From Gemmatimonadaceae bacterium (GTDB lineage: Bacteria; Gemmatimonadota; Gemmatimonadetes; Gemmatimonadales; Gemmatimonadaceae): a stretch of DNA of 52,644 bases. Position numbers and translations under genes: made by a program. Each line of letters opens with the position of its first letter. The first letter of the stretch is position 1. The stretch covers positions 1-52,644 of the forward strand of contig DASUSM010000297.1 of NCBI GenBank assembly GCA_036375115.1, written 5' to 3'. Below the pieces are notes generated by a model. That model had not been told where the DNA came from, searched no databases, and was given only the letters and a program-made list of their open reading frames with translations. Positions 13,807 to 22,753 of this stretch are shown piece by piece.

Positions 13807-16443
13807 TCAGCCTCCTCGCAGCGCCGCGAGCGCGGCGTCGATGTCGGTGAGCACGCGCCCCTCCGGCTCGATGGCCCGGCGCCGCTCGAGCGCGGGGATC
13901 GCCGACGTCACGCCGAGCCGGCCGAGCGCGCGAGCGGCATCCTGCCGCAGGAACGGATCGCGATCGTCGAGGAGCGGAACGAGAAGGGCGCCGAGCGCCG
14001 CCGTGCGCTCCGCGCTCGCGGAGTCGGCGCGACCGGCGCGCGCGCGGCGGACGAGCGAGGCGAGGGCCGTCCGCCGCGCCGCGCCGCCGTGCGCCGCCGC
14101 GAGATGCTCGGCGAGCAGCGCCTGCGCGTCGCCGCCCTCGATCTCCCCGAGCGCGGCGAGCGCGCCGACGCGCTCCACATCCCGCCACGAGTCCGTCCCG
14201 AGCATGCGCCGGATCTCGGGCATCGCCGCCGCGGTGTCCGCGGACGCGAGCGCCTGCACCGCCGCGACGCGCACGAAGCGCGATGGATCGGCGAGCGCGC
14301 GCGCGGCGAGCCGCTCGCGCTCCGCGGGCGCGAAGGCTCCGATCCCGGCCGCCGCCGCCACGCGCACGCGCGCATCCGCGTCGTCCAGCGCGTCGCGAAC
14401 GGCCGCCAGCGCCGCCGAGCGGCGGCCGGCGTCGCCGAGCGAGTCGGCACGCAGCAGGGCGACGAGCCGGGTCGCCGCGCGCTCGCGGACGCCGCGGAAC
14501 GCATCCGACCTCGCCGCGTCGGCGAGCGCGAGCACGGCGAGCGAGTCGCGCGGCCGCTCGCCGAGGAGCATCACCGCCTCGACGCGCCCGAGGACGTCGG
14601 GGTCCTCCTCGCGCTGCGCGACGAGCATCGCCGTCGGGCGCGGAAAGTCGGTGACGTCGAGCAGCCAGCCGCCGGCATCCCAGCGGATCCAGCGCGGCGC
14701 GCCCGACAGGACGAGCTCGAGTCGCGCGACCGAGTCGCGGACGGAGACGGTTCGGCGGACGATCGAGTCGGCGACGCCGACGGCGACGTCCACGTCGGCC
14801 GAGAAGAGCCCGGTGCGCGTGTCCCGCGGCTGCACCTGGCTCGCGACGAGCGAGAGGCGCCGGGCGACGCTGTCGTACGCCGCCGTGATCCGGAAGGCGG
14901 GGAATCCTGCGCCGTGCACCCACTGCGCGAAGAAGCGGTCCAGGTCGCGTCCCGTCGCCTCCTCGACCGATGCGCGGAAGTCGCCGGTCGTCGCACTCTC
15001 GTAGGCGTGGGCGCGGGCGTACGCCGCGAGCGCGCTCCGGAAGAGCGAGTCGCCGAGCTCGCGGCGGAGCATGAAGAGCACCGCCGCGCCCTTCGGGTAG
15101 ACGTGGCCGCTGAGAAACAGCTCGAGCGGATCGTGCACCCAGCGGTCGTGCACGAGCGGACGGCGCGCGGCGCGGTCGGCCGCGATCGCCTGCTCCTGCG
15201 CCTCGAGCCGGCGGTACGCGCCCTCGTCGGCGCCGAAGCTCTCCGCCGCCCAGTCGAGCGCGAAGTACGTCGCGAACCCCTCGTTGAGCCAGATGTCCGG
15301 CCAGTCGCGCGCGGTGACGAGCCCGCCGAACCACTGGTGCGCGAGCTCGTGCGCGACGAGGAGCTCCGCGTTCGCCTGCGGCTCGGCCCAGGCGGGGTGC
15401 AGGATCCGGTCGTCCGACTGCGTCGTCGCCGTGACGTTCTCCATGCCGCCGAAGACGAAGTCGGGAACGACGCTCTGGTCGTACTTCGCCCACGGGTAGG
15501 GTACGCCCGTGCGCTCGCCGAAGAAGTCCATCATGCGCGGCGTCTTCCCGAACCCGCGCCACGCCGCCTCGACGGAGTCGGCGTACGTCCAGTAGGCGAT
15601 CGGCACCGTGCGCCAGGTGTCCTGGAGGACGACGTAGTCGCCGGTGACGAGGCTCATCAGATACGTCGGCGCGGGCTGATCGAGCCGCCAGTGCCACTCG
15701 TCCTCGTCGCCGACGCGGCGCGTCGAGACGAGCCGCCCGTTCGAGAGCGCCTTCTCGCCGCGTCGAACGCGGGCGACGATCTCCCACGTCGTACGGTCGC
15801 TCGGGTGATCCCACGTCGGCACCCAGTGCCGCGTGTCTTCCGGCTCCCCCTGCGTCCAGAGCACGCGGCGCCGGTCCACGAAGTACGCGCCCTTCTTCGG
15901 CCGTTCCGTCTCGTAGTCGATGGTGAGGCGCACCGTCGCGCCGGGGGCGAGCGGCGCGGCGAGATGCGCGACGAGCGAGCGGCCGTCGTAGTCGTGGCGC
16001 AGCGCGCCGCCCGGGGCGCCGCGCACGCCCCCGATCCTCATCCCGACGGCGTCGAGCGCGATCTCGCGGATCGCCGTGTCGAGCGCGGCGATCGTGAGCG
16101 TCGTCGTCCCGACGATCGCGTGCCGCGCCCAGTCGGCGCGGACCCGCACGATCTGGTGCCGGAGGTCGAAGCTGCGGCGCCGCGGCTCGCGAGCGGTGCC
16201 GGCGGGCGGCGCGCCCCACGCGACGAGCGGGCCCTCGCGGAAAACGACGTAGTTCGGCGGCGGCGCCGGAGGCGGCGTGGTGTCGACGGCGATCGGTGCC
16301 GGCGGAGGCGGCGGCGGCGCCGGGCGGCACCCCGCGGGAAGCGCGGCGAGCGCCGGCGCGAAAGCGAGCGCAGCGGCCACGGCGGCGCGGCGCGCCCGCG
16401 GCCGGGCGGGCACGGCACCCACAGTCGGACGTCGGTTCGGCAT
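13807..16443 (-). CDS. pepN: M1 family aminopeptidase N with C-terminal HEAT-repeat region
   Basis: ORF 13807..16443(-) with an ATG start. It has the exopeptidase motif FGGMENV, the zinc motif VAHELAHQWFG...WLNEGFATY, an N-terminal signal-like Ala-rich segment, and C-terminal HEAT-like repeats (DDRDPFLRQDAARALGRLG). Confidence 0.9.
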   Translation of the reverse strand: MPNRRPTVGAVPARPRARRAAVAAALAFAPALAALPAGCRPAPPPPPPAPIAVDTTPPPAPPPNYVVFREGPLVAWGAPPAGTAREPRRRSFDLRHQIVRVRADWARHAIVGTTTLTIAALDTAIREIALDAVGMRIGGVRGAPGGALRHDYDGRSLVAHLAAPLAPGATVRLTIDYETERPKKGAYFVDRRRVLWTQGEPEDTRHWVPTWDHPSDRTTWEIVARVRRGEKALSNGRLVSTRRVGDEDEWHWRLDQPAPTYLMSLVTGDYVVLQDTWRTVPIAYWTYADSVEAAWRGFGKTPRMMDFFGERTGVPYPWAKYDQSVVPDFVFGGMENVTATTQSDDRILHPAWAEPQANAELLVAHELAHQWFGGLVTARDWPDIWLNEGFATYFALDWAAESFGADEGAYRRLEAQEQAIAADRAARRPLVHDRWVHDPLELFLSGHVYPKGAAVLFMLRRELGDSLFRSALAAYARAHAYESATTGDFRASVEEATGRDLDRFFAQWVHGAGFPAFRITAAYDSVARRLSLVASQVQPRDTRTGLFSADVDVAVGVADSIVRRTVSVRDSVARLELVLSGAPRWIRWDAGGWLLDVTDFPRPTAMLVAQREEDPDVLGRVEAVMLLGERPRDSLAVLALADAARSDAFRGVRERAATRLVALLRADSLGDAGRRSAALAAVRDALDDADARVRVAAAAGIGAFAPAERERLAARALADPSRFVRVAAVQALASADTAAAMPEIRRMLGTDSWRDVERVGALAALGEIEGGDAQALLAEHLAAAHGGAARRTALASLVRRARAGRADSASAERTAALGALLVPLLDDRDPFLRQDAARALGRLGVTSAIPALERRRAIEPEGRVLTDIDAALAALRGG

Positions 16444-16541
16444 GCAGTCGATGCGAGGGAGGGCGCCCGGCGGCGGTCGGGCGATGCGAGCTCGCCGCGG
16501 GCACCGAGCTATATAACGCGCACCCCCAACGGACGGAATGC

Positions 16542-16985
16542 GTGCGACGAGCGAGCGGCCCGACTCTCCCCGCCGGATCGACGATGGTCGAGCTGGCGAT
16601 CGTGCTCGTGGTGCTCGGCGTGATCCTCGGGCTCGCGATGCCGGATCTCCGGAGCGCCGGCGACGCGGCGAGCGTCCGCTCCGCCGTCACCTCGACCGTG
16701 GCGACGCTCGTCGCCGCGCGCCACACGGCGATCGCGCGCGGCGCGATGAGCACCGTGCGGGTGGACACGGCGCGCGGACGGATCCTCGTGCTCGCCGCGG
16801 CGGAGACGGTCCTCGTGCGTGACCTCCGCGATGCGCACGGGGTCCGGCTCGGCGCGACGCGACTGGAGCTGCGCTACACGCCGAACGGCCTCGGCTACGG
16901 CGCGTCGAACACCCGGCTGACGATCGGCCGGGGGCGCTTCGCCGATACCGTGATCGTCTCGCGACTCGGTCGCGTGCGGCATTGA
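16542..16985 (+). CDS. GspH/FimT-like pseudopilin (type IV pilin-like N-terminus)
   Basis: ORF 16296..16985(+). It has a prepilin-like leader and hydrophobic helix: ...PAG/STMVELAIVLVVLGVILGLAMP, with Gly at -1 and Glu at +5. The GspH-like body is ...VATLVAARHTAIARG.... The start is inferred at GTG 16542, giving a 12-aa basic leader. ATG 16584 would remove the cleavage site. Confidence 0.6.
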   Translation: MRRASGPTLPAGSTMVELAIVLVVLGVILGLAMPDLRSAGDAASVRSAVTSTVATLVAARHTAIARGAMSTVRVDTARGRILVLAAAETVLVRDLRDAHGVRLGATRLELRYTPNGLGYGASNTRLTIGRGRFADTVIVSRLGRVRH

Positions 16986-16992
16986 CCATGCA

Positions 16993-17250
16993 TTGGGCGT
17001 CGCCGTGCTCCGACTCCTCGCCGACCCGTCCGCCACCTCCCGCGCACCGCGCGCGCGCTGCCTCGCGCCGCGCGCGGCGGCCCGCCGCGCGCGCGTCTTC
17101 GGCGAGCGCTCGGCGCGGCTCGCGCGGTGCGAGGCGCCGGCCCGTGGCCCCGGCCCGTCGAGCGACGACGCGGCGGTGCGGCGACGCGAGCTCGTCGAGC
17201 TCGGCCGGCTGGCGCTGGCGTACGAGATGCGCGAGGCGCTCGCGCGCTGA
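16993..17250 (+). CDS. small hypothetical protein (85 aa), tentative
   Basis: ORF 16993..17250(+) with a TTG start 8 nt after the pseudopilin stop. About 95% of third codon positions are G/C while second positions are mixed, a coding-like signature. There is no recognisable family and the product is Arg/Ala-rich, so it could still be spurious. Confidence 0.3.
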   Translation: MGVAVLRLLADPSATSRAPRARCLAPRAAARRARVFGERSARLARCEAPARGPGPSSDDAAVRRRELVELGRLALAYEMREALAR

Positions 17251-17311
17251 TCGCGGCGAGCGCCCCGGTCGACGTCCACCCCGCGCCGTCGTTCGGCCCG
17301 GGGACCTCGCC

Positions 17312-18553
17312 TCAGTCGGCGGCCTCCGTGCCGAAGTCGTAGCCCGGCACCGACACGCGCGGGATCGGCTTCCCGATCACCCGCTCGATCGTCCGCACCA
17401 TCGCGATCTCGTCCGGGGCCATGAACGTCAGCGCGTCCCCCTCCTTCGCCGCGCGCCCCGTCCGCCCGATGCGGTGTACGTAGTCCTCGGGCTGCTGCGG
17501 GACGTCGTAATTGACGACGTGCGTGATGTGCGAGATGTCCAGGCCACGCTGCGCGATGTCGGTGGCGACGAGGATCCGGACCCGTCCCTCCTTGAAGTCC
17601 TCGAGCGCGCGCGTGCGCTGGATCTGCGTCTTGTCGGCGTGCATCGCCGCGGCGGCGAGCCCCGCTGCCTCCAGCTCGCGCACGGCGCGGTCGGCGCCGT
17701 GCTTCGTGCGCGTGAACACGAGCACCGTTCCCTCGGGGTGCCCGCGGAGGATCTCGACGAGCAGCGCGCTCTTGCGGTGGTGCGGCACCGGGTAGACCGC
17801 GTGCGAGACGGTGCTCGCCGCGCTCGACCGCAGGCCGATCTGCACGACGATCGGCTTGCGCAGGTACTTGCGCGCGAGCGCCTCGACCTCGGGGGGCATC
17901 GTCGCGCTGAAGAGCAGCGTCTGCCGGTACGGCGGAATCTGCCGCACGATCTCGTTGATCTGCGGCGCGAAGCCCATGTCGAGCATTCGGTCCGCCTCGT
18001 CGAGGACGAGCAGCTCGAGATCGTCGAAGACGACGTTCTGCTTGTCGAGGTGGTCGATCAGGCGGCCCGGCGTCGCGACGACGACGTCGACGCCGTTGCG
18101 CAGCGCGCGCTCCTGCGCCTCGTAGGCGACGCCGCCGTACACCGACTGGGCGTCGAGCGGCGCGTGGCGCGAGTACTTGCGCACGCTCTCCTCGACCTGC
18201 ACGCAGAGCTCCCGCGTCGGCGTGAGGACGAGCGCGCGCGTGCGGCGCGGCCCTCCGGCGAGCCGGTCGATGAGCGGCAGCGTGAACGCCGCCGTCTTCC
18301 CCGTGCCCGTCTGCGCGAGCCCCATGACGTCGCGGCCGCGCAGGATGACGGGGATCGCCTCGCGCTGGATCGGCGTCGGCGTCGTGTACCCCGCGTCGCG
18401 CACCGCGTCGAGGACGACGGCCGAGAGCCCGAGCTCCGCGAACCCGGCGCCGGACGCCGGCTCGTCCTGCCCCTCCTGCATCTCCTGCGGGTCGTGCCGC
18501 GCCTCGTCCGGCGCGTCCTGCCGTACCTGATCCGACTCGATGATGGTCGCCAT
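17312..18553 (-). CDS. DEAD-box ATP-dependent RNA helicase (RhlE-like)
   Basis: The C-terminal 413 aa of ORF 17312..19486(-), from ATG 18553 (MATIIESDQ...). The motifs are Q GYTTPTPIQ, I AQTGTGKT, Ia PTRELC, II VLDEADRMLD, III FSATMP and VI HRIGRTGR. Confidence 0.92.
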   Translation of the reverse strand: MATIIESDQVRQDAPDEARHDPQEMQEGQDEPASGAGFAELGLSAVVLDAVRDAGYTTPTPIQREAIPVILRGRDVMGLAQTGTGKTAAFTLPLIDRLAGGPRRTRALVLTPTRELCVQVEESVRKYSRHAPLDAQSVYGGVAYEAQERALRNGVDVVVATPGRLIDHLDKQNVVFDDLELLVLDEADRMLDMGFAPQINEIVRQIPPYRQTLLFSATMPPEVEALARKYLRKPIVVQIGLRSSAASTVSHAVYPVPHHRKSALLVEILRGHPEGTVLVFTRTKHGADRAVRELEAAGLAAAAMHADKTQIQRTRALEDFKEGRVRILVATDIAQRGLDISHITHVVNYDVPQQPEDYVHRIGRTGRAAKEGDALTFMAPDEIAMVRTIERVIGKPIPRVSVPGYDFGTEAAD

Positions 18554-18899
18554 GTCTCTGCTCGCCGCGCCGGGGCCGCGTGCCCGGGGTGCTCCCGGGA
18601 CCGACGCATCCAATGCGAGCTGCGCCGCGCCATTGCGCGCGACCGACTCGCATCGATCGTGTGTGATGAAGATCTCGTCCGCGCCGCCGGCACACGCGCG
18701 ATCGATCGTCGCGCCGTGCTGGGAGGGCCATCGCAATGGCGTCCCCCCGCCGCCCAGCGGGGGCGGCCCGGCCGCGGACCGGCGCGCGACGCAGTCACGG
18801 CGCGCGCAGGGTTGCGGTGCCCGTAATATAAGTCGTTGCGGGATAATTGGGTAGACGCCGGACCGGACTCCTGGGGGCGCTCCGCCGGCGGGGCCCGTC

Positions 18900-19802
18900 T
18901 CACCCCGCCGCGGCCCCCCGCAGGAACGACTCGACCGCTCCCGCGATCTCTCCCGCACACTCCATGTTCGCGGCGTGGCCGGCGCCGTCCACGGGGAGCA
19001 GTCGCACCGACGGCGGCAGCGAGCGCCGGAGCGCCTCGAGGTCCCGCACGAGCACGAGCCGGTCGCGCGTGCCGCGCACGAGCAGCGTCGGCGCGCGGAG
19101 CGCGGCGAGCGCCTCCGGCGCGATCGGCCGCCAGTCGTACTCGCGCAGCATCGCCGCCTGCGCCTCGTAGTAGCCAGGCAGCTCGGCCAGCGCCCTGAAC
19201 TCCTCGACGTCCTCACGCCGCACGCGGCTCGCGTCGCCGTAGATCGACCACATGCCGAGCGCGACGATCGCGCGGTGGACCGCCGACGGCAGGCGCGCGA
19301 GGAGGCGCGCGAGGGCTCCCGCCGCGGGGAGCCGCCCGAGCGCGGCGAGGGGAATGCGCCCGATGCCGGCCGGATCGAAGAGGACGAGGCGCGTGACGCG
19401 CTCCGGCGCGGCCAGCGCGAGGCGCAGGGTGAGCCCGCCCCCCATCGACAGCCCGACGAGCGCGACCCGGTCGAGCGCGAGCGCATCGAGCGCCGCGAGG
19501 AGATGGCGCACGAGGGCGGACGCGGCGTAGTCGCCGCGCGCGCGTGGCTTCGACGAGGCGCCCAGCCCGCGCGGCTCGACGATCACCACGCGATGCCCAG
19601 AGGCGAGCACGGCGCCGACGTTCGCGTGGAAGACGTAGGCCGAGCACGCCCATCCCGGCACGAGCACCGCCGGCGCCGATCCTGGATCGCCCCGCTCGAC
19701 GACACGGATGCTCGCCCCGTCGACCGAGACGTGCCGCACGCGGTACCGGGGATCGCCCGCCGGCCACAGCTCCGCCGGCCGGCGCGCCCGCGGTCCCGTC
19801 AC
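18900..19802 (-). CDS. alpha/beta-fold hydrolase (Ser nucleophile)
   Basis: ORF 18900..19868(-). The nucleophile elbow is VGLSMGGG, with the His block DGAGHAAN. The start is taken as GTG 19802, which overlaps the upstream stop by 4 nt (GTGA). Confidence 0.8.
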   Translation of the reverse strand: MTGPRARRPAELWPAGDPRYRVRHVSVDGASIRVVERGDPGSAPAVLVPGWACSAYVFHANVGAVLASGHRVVIVEPRGLGASSKPRARGDYAASALVRHLLAALDALALDRVALVGLSMGGGLTLRLALAAPERVTRLVLFDPAGIGRIPLAALGRLPAAGALARLLARLPSAVHRAIVALGMWSIYGDASRVRREDVEEFRALAELPGYYEAQAAMLREYDWRPIAPEALAALRAPTLLVRGTRDRLVLVRDLEALRRSLPPSVRLLPVDGAGHAANMECAGEIAGAVESFLRGAAAG

Positions 19803-20935
19803 ATGATCTCGATCGGCCGACCCGCGAGGCGGGCGATGAGCCCGAGCCGGAACGTCACATCGCTCCACCGCTGCTCCTCGCCTGCGCGCTCCGCCTCGAG
19901 CGGATACTGCGGCCAGACGACGGGGTTGGTGCTCTTCGGCACCGCCGTCCCCTTGTGCGGGTGCCAGACGCCGTTCGCGTCACGATCGTCGAGCATCCGA
20001 TCGAAGAGCTTGCTCCACCCTTCGTTGCGGCCGAGGAAGCCGAGCCGCGCCATCAGCTCGAGCCAGGTGAGGGCCCAGGGCACGTCGGCGTCGAGCGCGT
20101 TGCGGTGGGGGAGCATGTCCCCGAGCACGAGCTGCGGCTGCGGCACCGCCTGCTTTCCGACGAGCTGCACCGACTCCTGCCGCGGGAGCGGCTGCGACAG
20201 GTAGTGATACAGCTCGTTCAGCACCATGTAGTGCTCGCTGCGGAAGAGCGGCATGTAGGCGAGCATCAGCAGCGCGTGGAAGGACGGCGGCCGCGCTTCC
20301 GGCGCGAGCACGTGCTTGTTGCCGACGCGGATCCACGGCTTCTCGGCGAGCGGCGAGGAGAGAAACTCGTGGATCCGCTCGGTGATGCGCTTCGCCGCGC
20401 CGCGGAGCCGAGGATCGCCCTCGTAGCCGGCCTGGGCGAGCGCCGCCGCGGCAGCCTCCCGCAGCACGGCGCGTCCGCGATGCACCATCTCCGGCTCGAT
20501 CCGTCCTCTCCCGCCGAGCTCGTAGAGGTACGCCGGGTCGTCGTCCTCGGGGAGGAGCCGGAAGAGCGTGCGGCGCGCTCGGAGCAGCGGCGGCGACTCG
20601 CGATCCCAGCCGTACTCCGACAGCCGCCGCGCGGCGGTGATCGTGCCGATCCCCTCGAAGTAGTCCGAGCGCGCGTTCGGGAGCGCGAGCATCGCGTCCC
20701 CCCAGGTGCCGTCGGAGTGCTGCGCGATGGCGAGCCGCAGCGCCGGCGCGTACGTGTACGGCAGCCGCCGCACCTCGTCGGACACGCTCGCGCCGAGCCG
20801 CGCGACGTCGCACAGCGCGCGATACTGGATCGGCGGCGCCGCGTGGTCGAGCAGCCAGCCCAGCGGGAACCGGACCGGCGGCGGCGCCGCGGGTGGGACG
20901 ACTGGAGAGACGGCGGGAAGCGAGGGGACGGTCAC
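19799..20935 (-). CDS. conserved hypothetical protein (all-helical, unassigned)
   Basis: ORF 19799..21061(-). The composition is protein-like and it contains a single SDGTWGD motif reminiscent of terpenoid-cyclase/prenyltransferase-type repeats, which is weak evidence. The first 42 codons from ATG 21061 use many A/T-ending codons (TTA, TGT, GAT, GAA, TAT, AAT, ACA), atypical here, so I place the start at GTG 20935. The start is uncertain. Confidence 0.6.
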   Translation of the reverse strand: MTVPSLPAVSPVVPPAAPPPVRFPLGWLLDHAAPPIQYRALCDVARLGASVSDEVRRLPYTYAPALRLAIAQHSDGTWGDAMLALPNARSDYFEGIGTITAARRLSEYGWDRESPPLLRARRTLFRLLPEDDDPAYLYELGGRGRIEPEMVHRGRAVLREAAAAALAQAGYEGDPRLRGAAKRITERIHEFLSSPLAEKPWIRVGNKHVLAPEARPPSFHALLMLAYMPLFRSEHYMVLNELYHYLSQPLPRQESVQLVGKQAVPQPQLVLGDMLPHRNALDADVPWALTWLELMARLGFLGRNEGWSKLFDRMLDDRDANGVWHPHKGTAVPKSTNPVVWPQYPLEAERAGEEQRWSDVTFRLGLIARLAGRPIEIM

Positions 20936-21176
20936 GGTCGGTGCTCGTGTCAACGCATTGTCAGACAACGCACTTACAGCATCCACCGAGGGCGGCCATG
21001 GAGCGGGCGCGTAACGATAGCACATTTCAGGCGACGCGCTAGGGCGATCACATAACTTCATGCAACCGAAAGTCTTGGGCGATTCGCACGGGAGCCCTTA
21101 ACGCGCGCGCCGCTGGTGCGTCTCATCTGCTCGAAGACGCGCGCCGGTGCGCGTCCGGACCGAATACGGAGGAGCA

Positions 21177-21740
21177 ATGCGAGCAGTACGCGTTCTGGCG
21201 CTCGGCGCCGCGATGATGGTCGGGACGGGCGGAGTCGCCTTCGCCCAGCAGACGGACTCGAGCGCGCGCCCTCGCGCCGAGCAGCAGCGGGATGGAAAGG
21301 GGCGGCAGGGCGAGCGCGGCATGCGCCGCGACGGCCGCCGCGGCGGGCCCGCTCTCGGGCGGGCGCTCTTCCGCGGGATCGAGCTGAGCGAGCAGCAGCG
21401 GACCCAGGTGCGGCAGATCAACGAGAAGTATCGCGCGGAGCATACGCAGCTCCGCGACCGCATCCGCGCGGCTCGCACGGATGGGCAGCGGCCCGACTCG
21501 GCGCAGCGTGCCGCGATCCGCGCGTCGCAGATGCAGATCATGCAGCGCCAGCGCGCGGAGCTCCGCGGGGTTCTCACGGCCGAGCAGCGCACGACGTTCG
21601 ACGCGAACGTGCAGGAGCTCCAGAAGCGGATGTCGGAGCGGCGCGCGAAGGGCGAGCGGCGCGGCCGCGGCGACGGCCAGGGGCGGGGACAGGGGCGGGG
21701 GCAGGGGCAGGGCGGCGCCGGAGTGCAGCGCGGCAGCTGA
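21177..21740 (+). CDS. Spy/CpxP-family periplasmic protein (LTxxQ motifs) with RG/QG-repeat tail
   Basis: ORF 21147..21740(+). ATG 21177 is preceded by GGAGG. The signal peptide is MRAVRVLALGAAMMVGTGGVAFAQ. It has two LTxxQ-type motifs (LSEQQ, LTAEQ) and the tail RGRGDGQGRGQGRGQGQGG. Confidence 0.7.
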   Translation: MRAVRVLALGAAMMVGTGGVAFAQQTDSSARPRAEQQRDGKGRQGERGMRRDGRRGGPALGRALFRGIELSEQQRTQVRQINEKYRAEHTQLRDRIRAARTDGQRPDSAQRAAIRASQMQIMQRQRAELRGVLTAEQRTTFDANVQELQKRMSERRAKGERRGRGDGQGRGQGRGQGQGGAGVQRGS

Positions 21741-21761
21741 CGCACCGGACGAGCGCGTGGC

Positions 21762-21787
21762 GGGCCGTCGGGACTCCCCGACGGCCC
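21762..21787 (+). terminator. stem-loop downstream of the Spy-like gene (no U-tract)
   Basis: GGGCCGTCGGG-ACTC-CCCGACGGCCC is a perfect 11-bp stem with a tetraloop, 22 nt after the stop. No T-run follows it. Confidence 0.4.
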
Positions 21788-21931
21788 GTCGTGCATCCGC
21801 GGTCCGGCATGGGCCGCCGGCCGGTCGCGGCTTGTGAGCGAGCCCCCGGCGCCTGCATCTTGCCCGGCGTGCGCCTCCCGACGATCTCGTGACCGATCCC
21901 GACTCCGGATGCCGCGGGCAGGAGGTGCGCG

Positions 21932-22753
21932 ATGCGGGGTGAGTTCCTCGACATCGATGGCGCGCGCCTCTACTACTTCGCGGCGGGCACGCGGGGCGCG
22001 GGGGAGCCGGTCGTCTTCGTCCACGGATTCCCCTCCGGGTCGCACCTGTGGCACGACGTCATTCCGCACGTCCCCGCGGGGCATCGCGTCGTCGTCCTCG
22101 ACCTCCTCGGCTACGGCCGGAGCGATCGACCGCTCGGACGCGATGTCAGCATCCCGGGACATGCGCGGCGCGTGCTCGCGCTCCTCGATGCCCTGCGCAT
22201 CGAGCGCGCGTGCATCGTCGGCCACGACGCCGGCGGCGGGATCGCGCAGTGGCTCGCCGTGCACCGGCCGGCGCGCGTCTCGCGGCTCCTCCTCGTGAGC
22301 TCCGTCTGCTTCGAGGAGTGGCCGACGCGCGATGTGAAGCTCGCCCGCGCGATGATGCCGCTGACGCGGCACCTGCCGCCGACCTGGCTCCTCTCCGTGC
22401 TCCGCACGGATCTGCTGCGCGGCTACGCGGACCGCGACCTCGGCGCGCGATCGATCGAGATGTACGTGCGCTGCTTCGCCAGCGAGGAGGGGCGCGACAC
22501 CTTCATGCAGCACCTGGCGGCGCTCGACAGCGCCGACACCGCGGCCCTCGCCCCCCGTCTCGGCGGGATCGTCGCGCCGACGGCGATCCTCTGGGGCGCC
22601 CACGATCCGTTCCTCCCGCCGTCGCTCGCCCGGCGCCTGCAGGAGGCGATCCCCGGCGCGACGCTCGACGTGATCGCCGACGGCCGGCACTTCATCCCCG
22701 AGGAGTCCCCCGAGCAGGTCGGGGCGGCCCTCTCGACCCTGCTCGCCCGATGA
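21932..22753 (+). CDS. alpha/beta-fold hydrolase, epoxide hydrolase/haloalkane dehalogenase-like (Asp nucleophile)
   Basis: ORF 21932..22753(+). ATG is preceded by GGAGG. It has the oxyanion block VFVHGFPS, the nucleophile elbow VGHDAGGG and the His block DGRHFIPEE. Confidence 0.85.
   Translation: MRGEFLDIDGARLYYFAAGTRGAGEPVVFVHGFPSGSHLWHDVIPHVPAGHRVVVLDLLGYGRSDRPLGRDVSIPGHARRVLALLDALRIERACIVGHDAGGGIAQWLAVHRPARVSRLLLVSSVCFEEWPTRDVKLARAMMPLTRHLPPTWLLSVLRTDLLRGYADRDLGARSIEMYVRCFASEEGRDTFMQHLAALDSADTAALAPRLGGIVAPTAILWGAHDPFLPPSLARRLQEAIPGATLDVIADGRHFIPEESPEQVGAALSTLLAR

Noticed and set aside
13694-16768. 1024-aa (-) and 844-aa (14089..16623 +) ORFs over the aminopeptidase gene
   Set aside because: These are shadow frames. 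The GGMEN/HELAHQWFG-containing frame 13807..16443(-) is the real gene.
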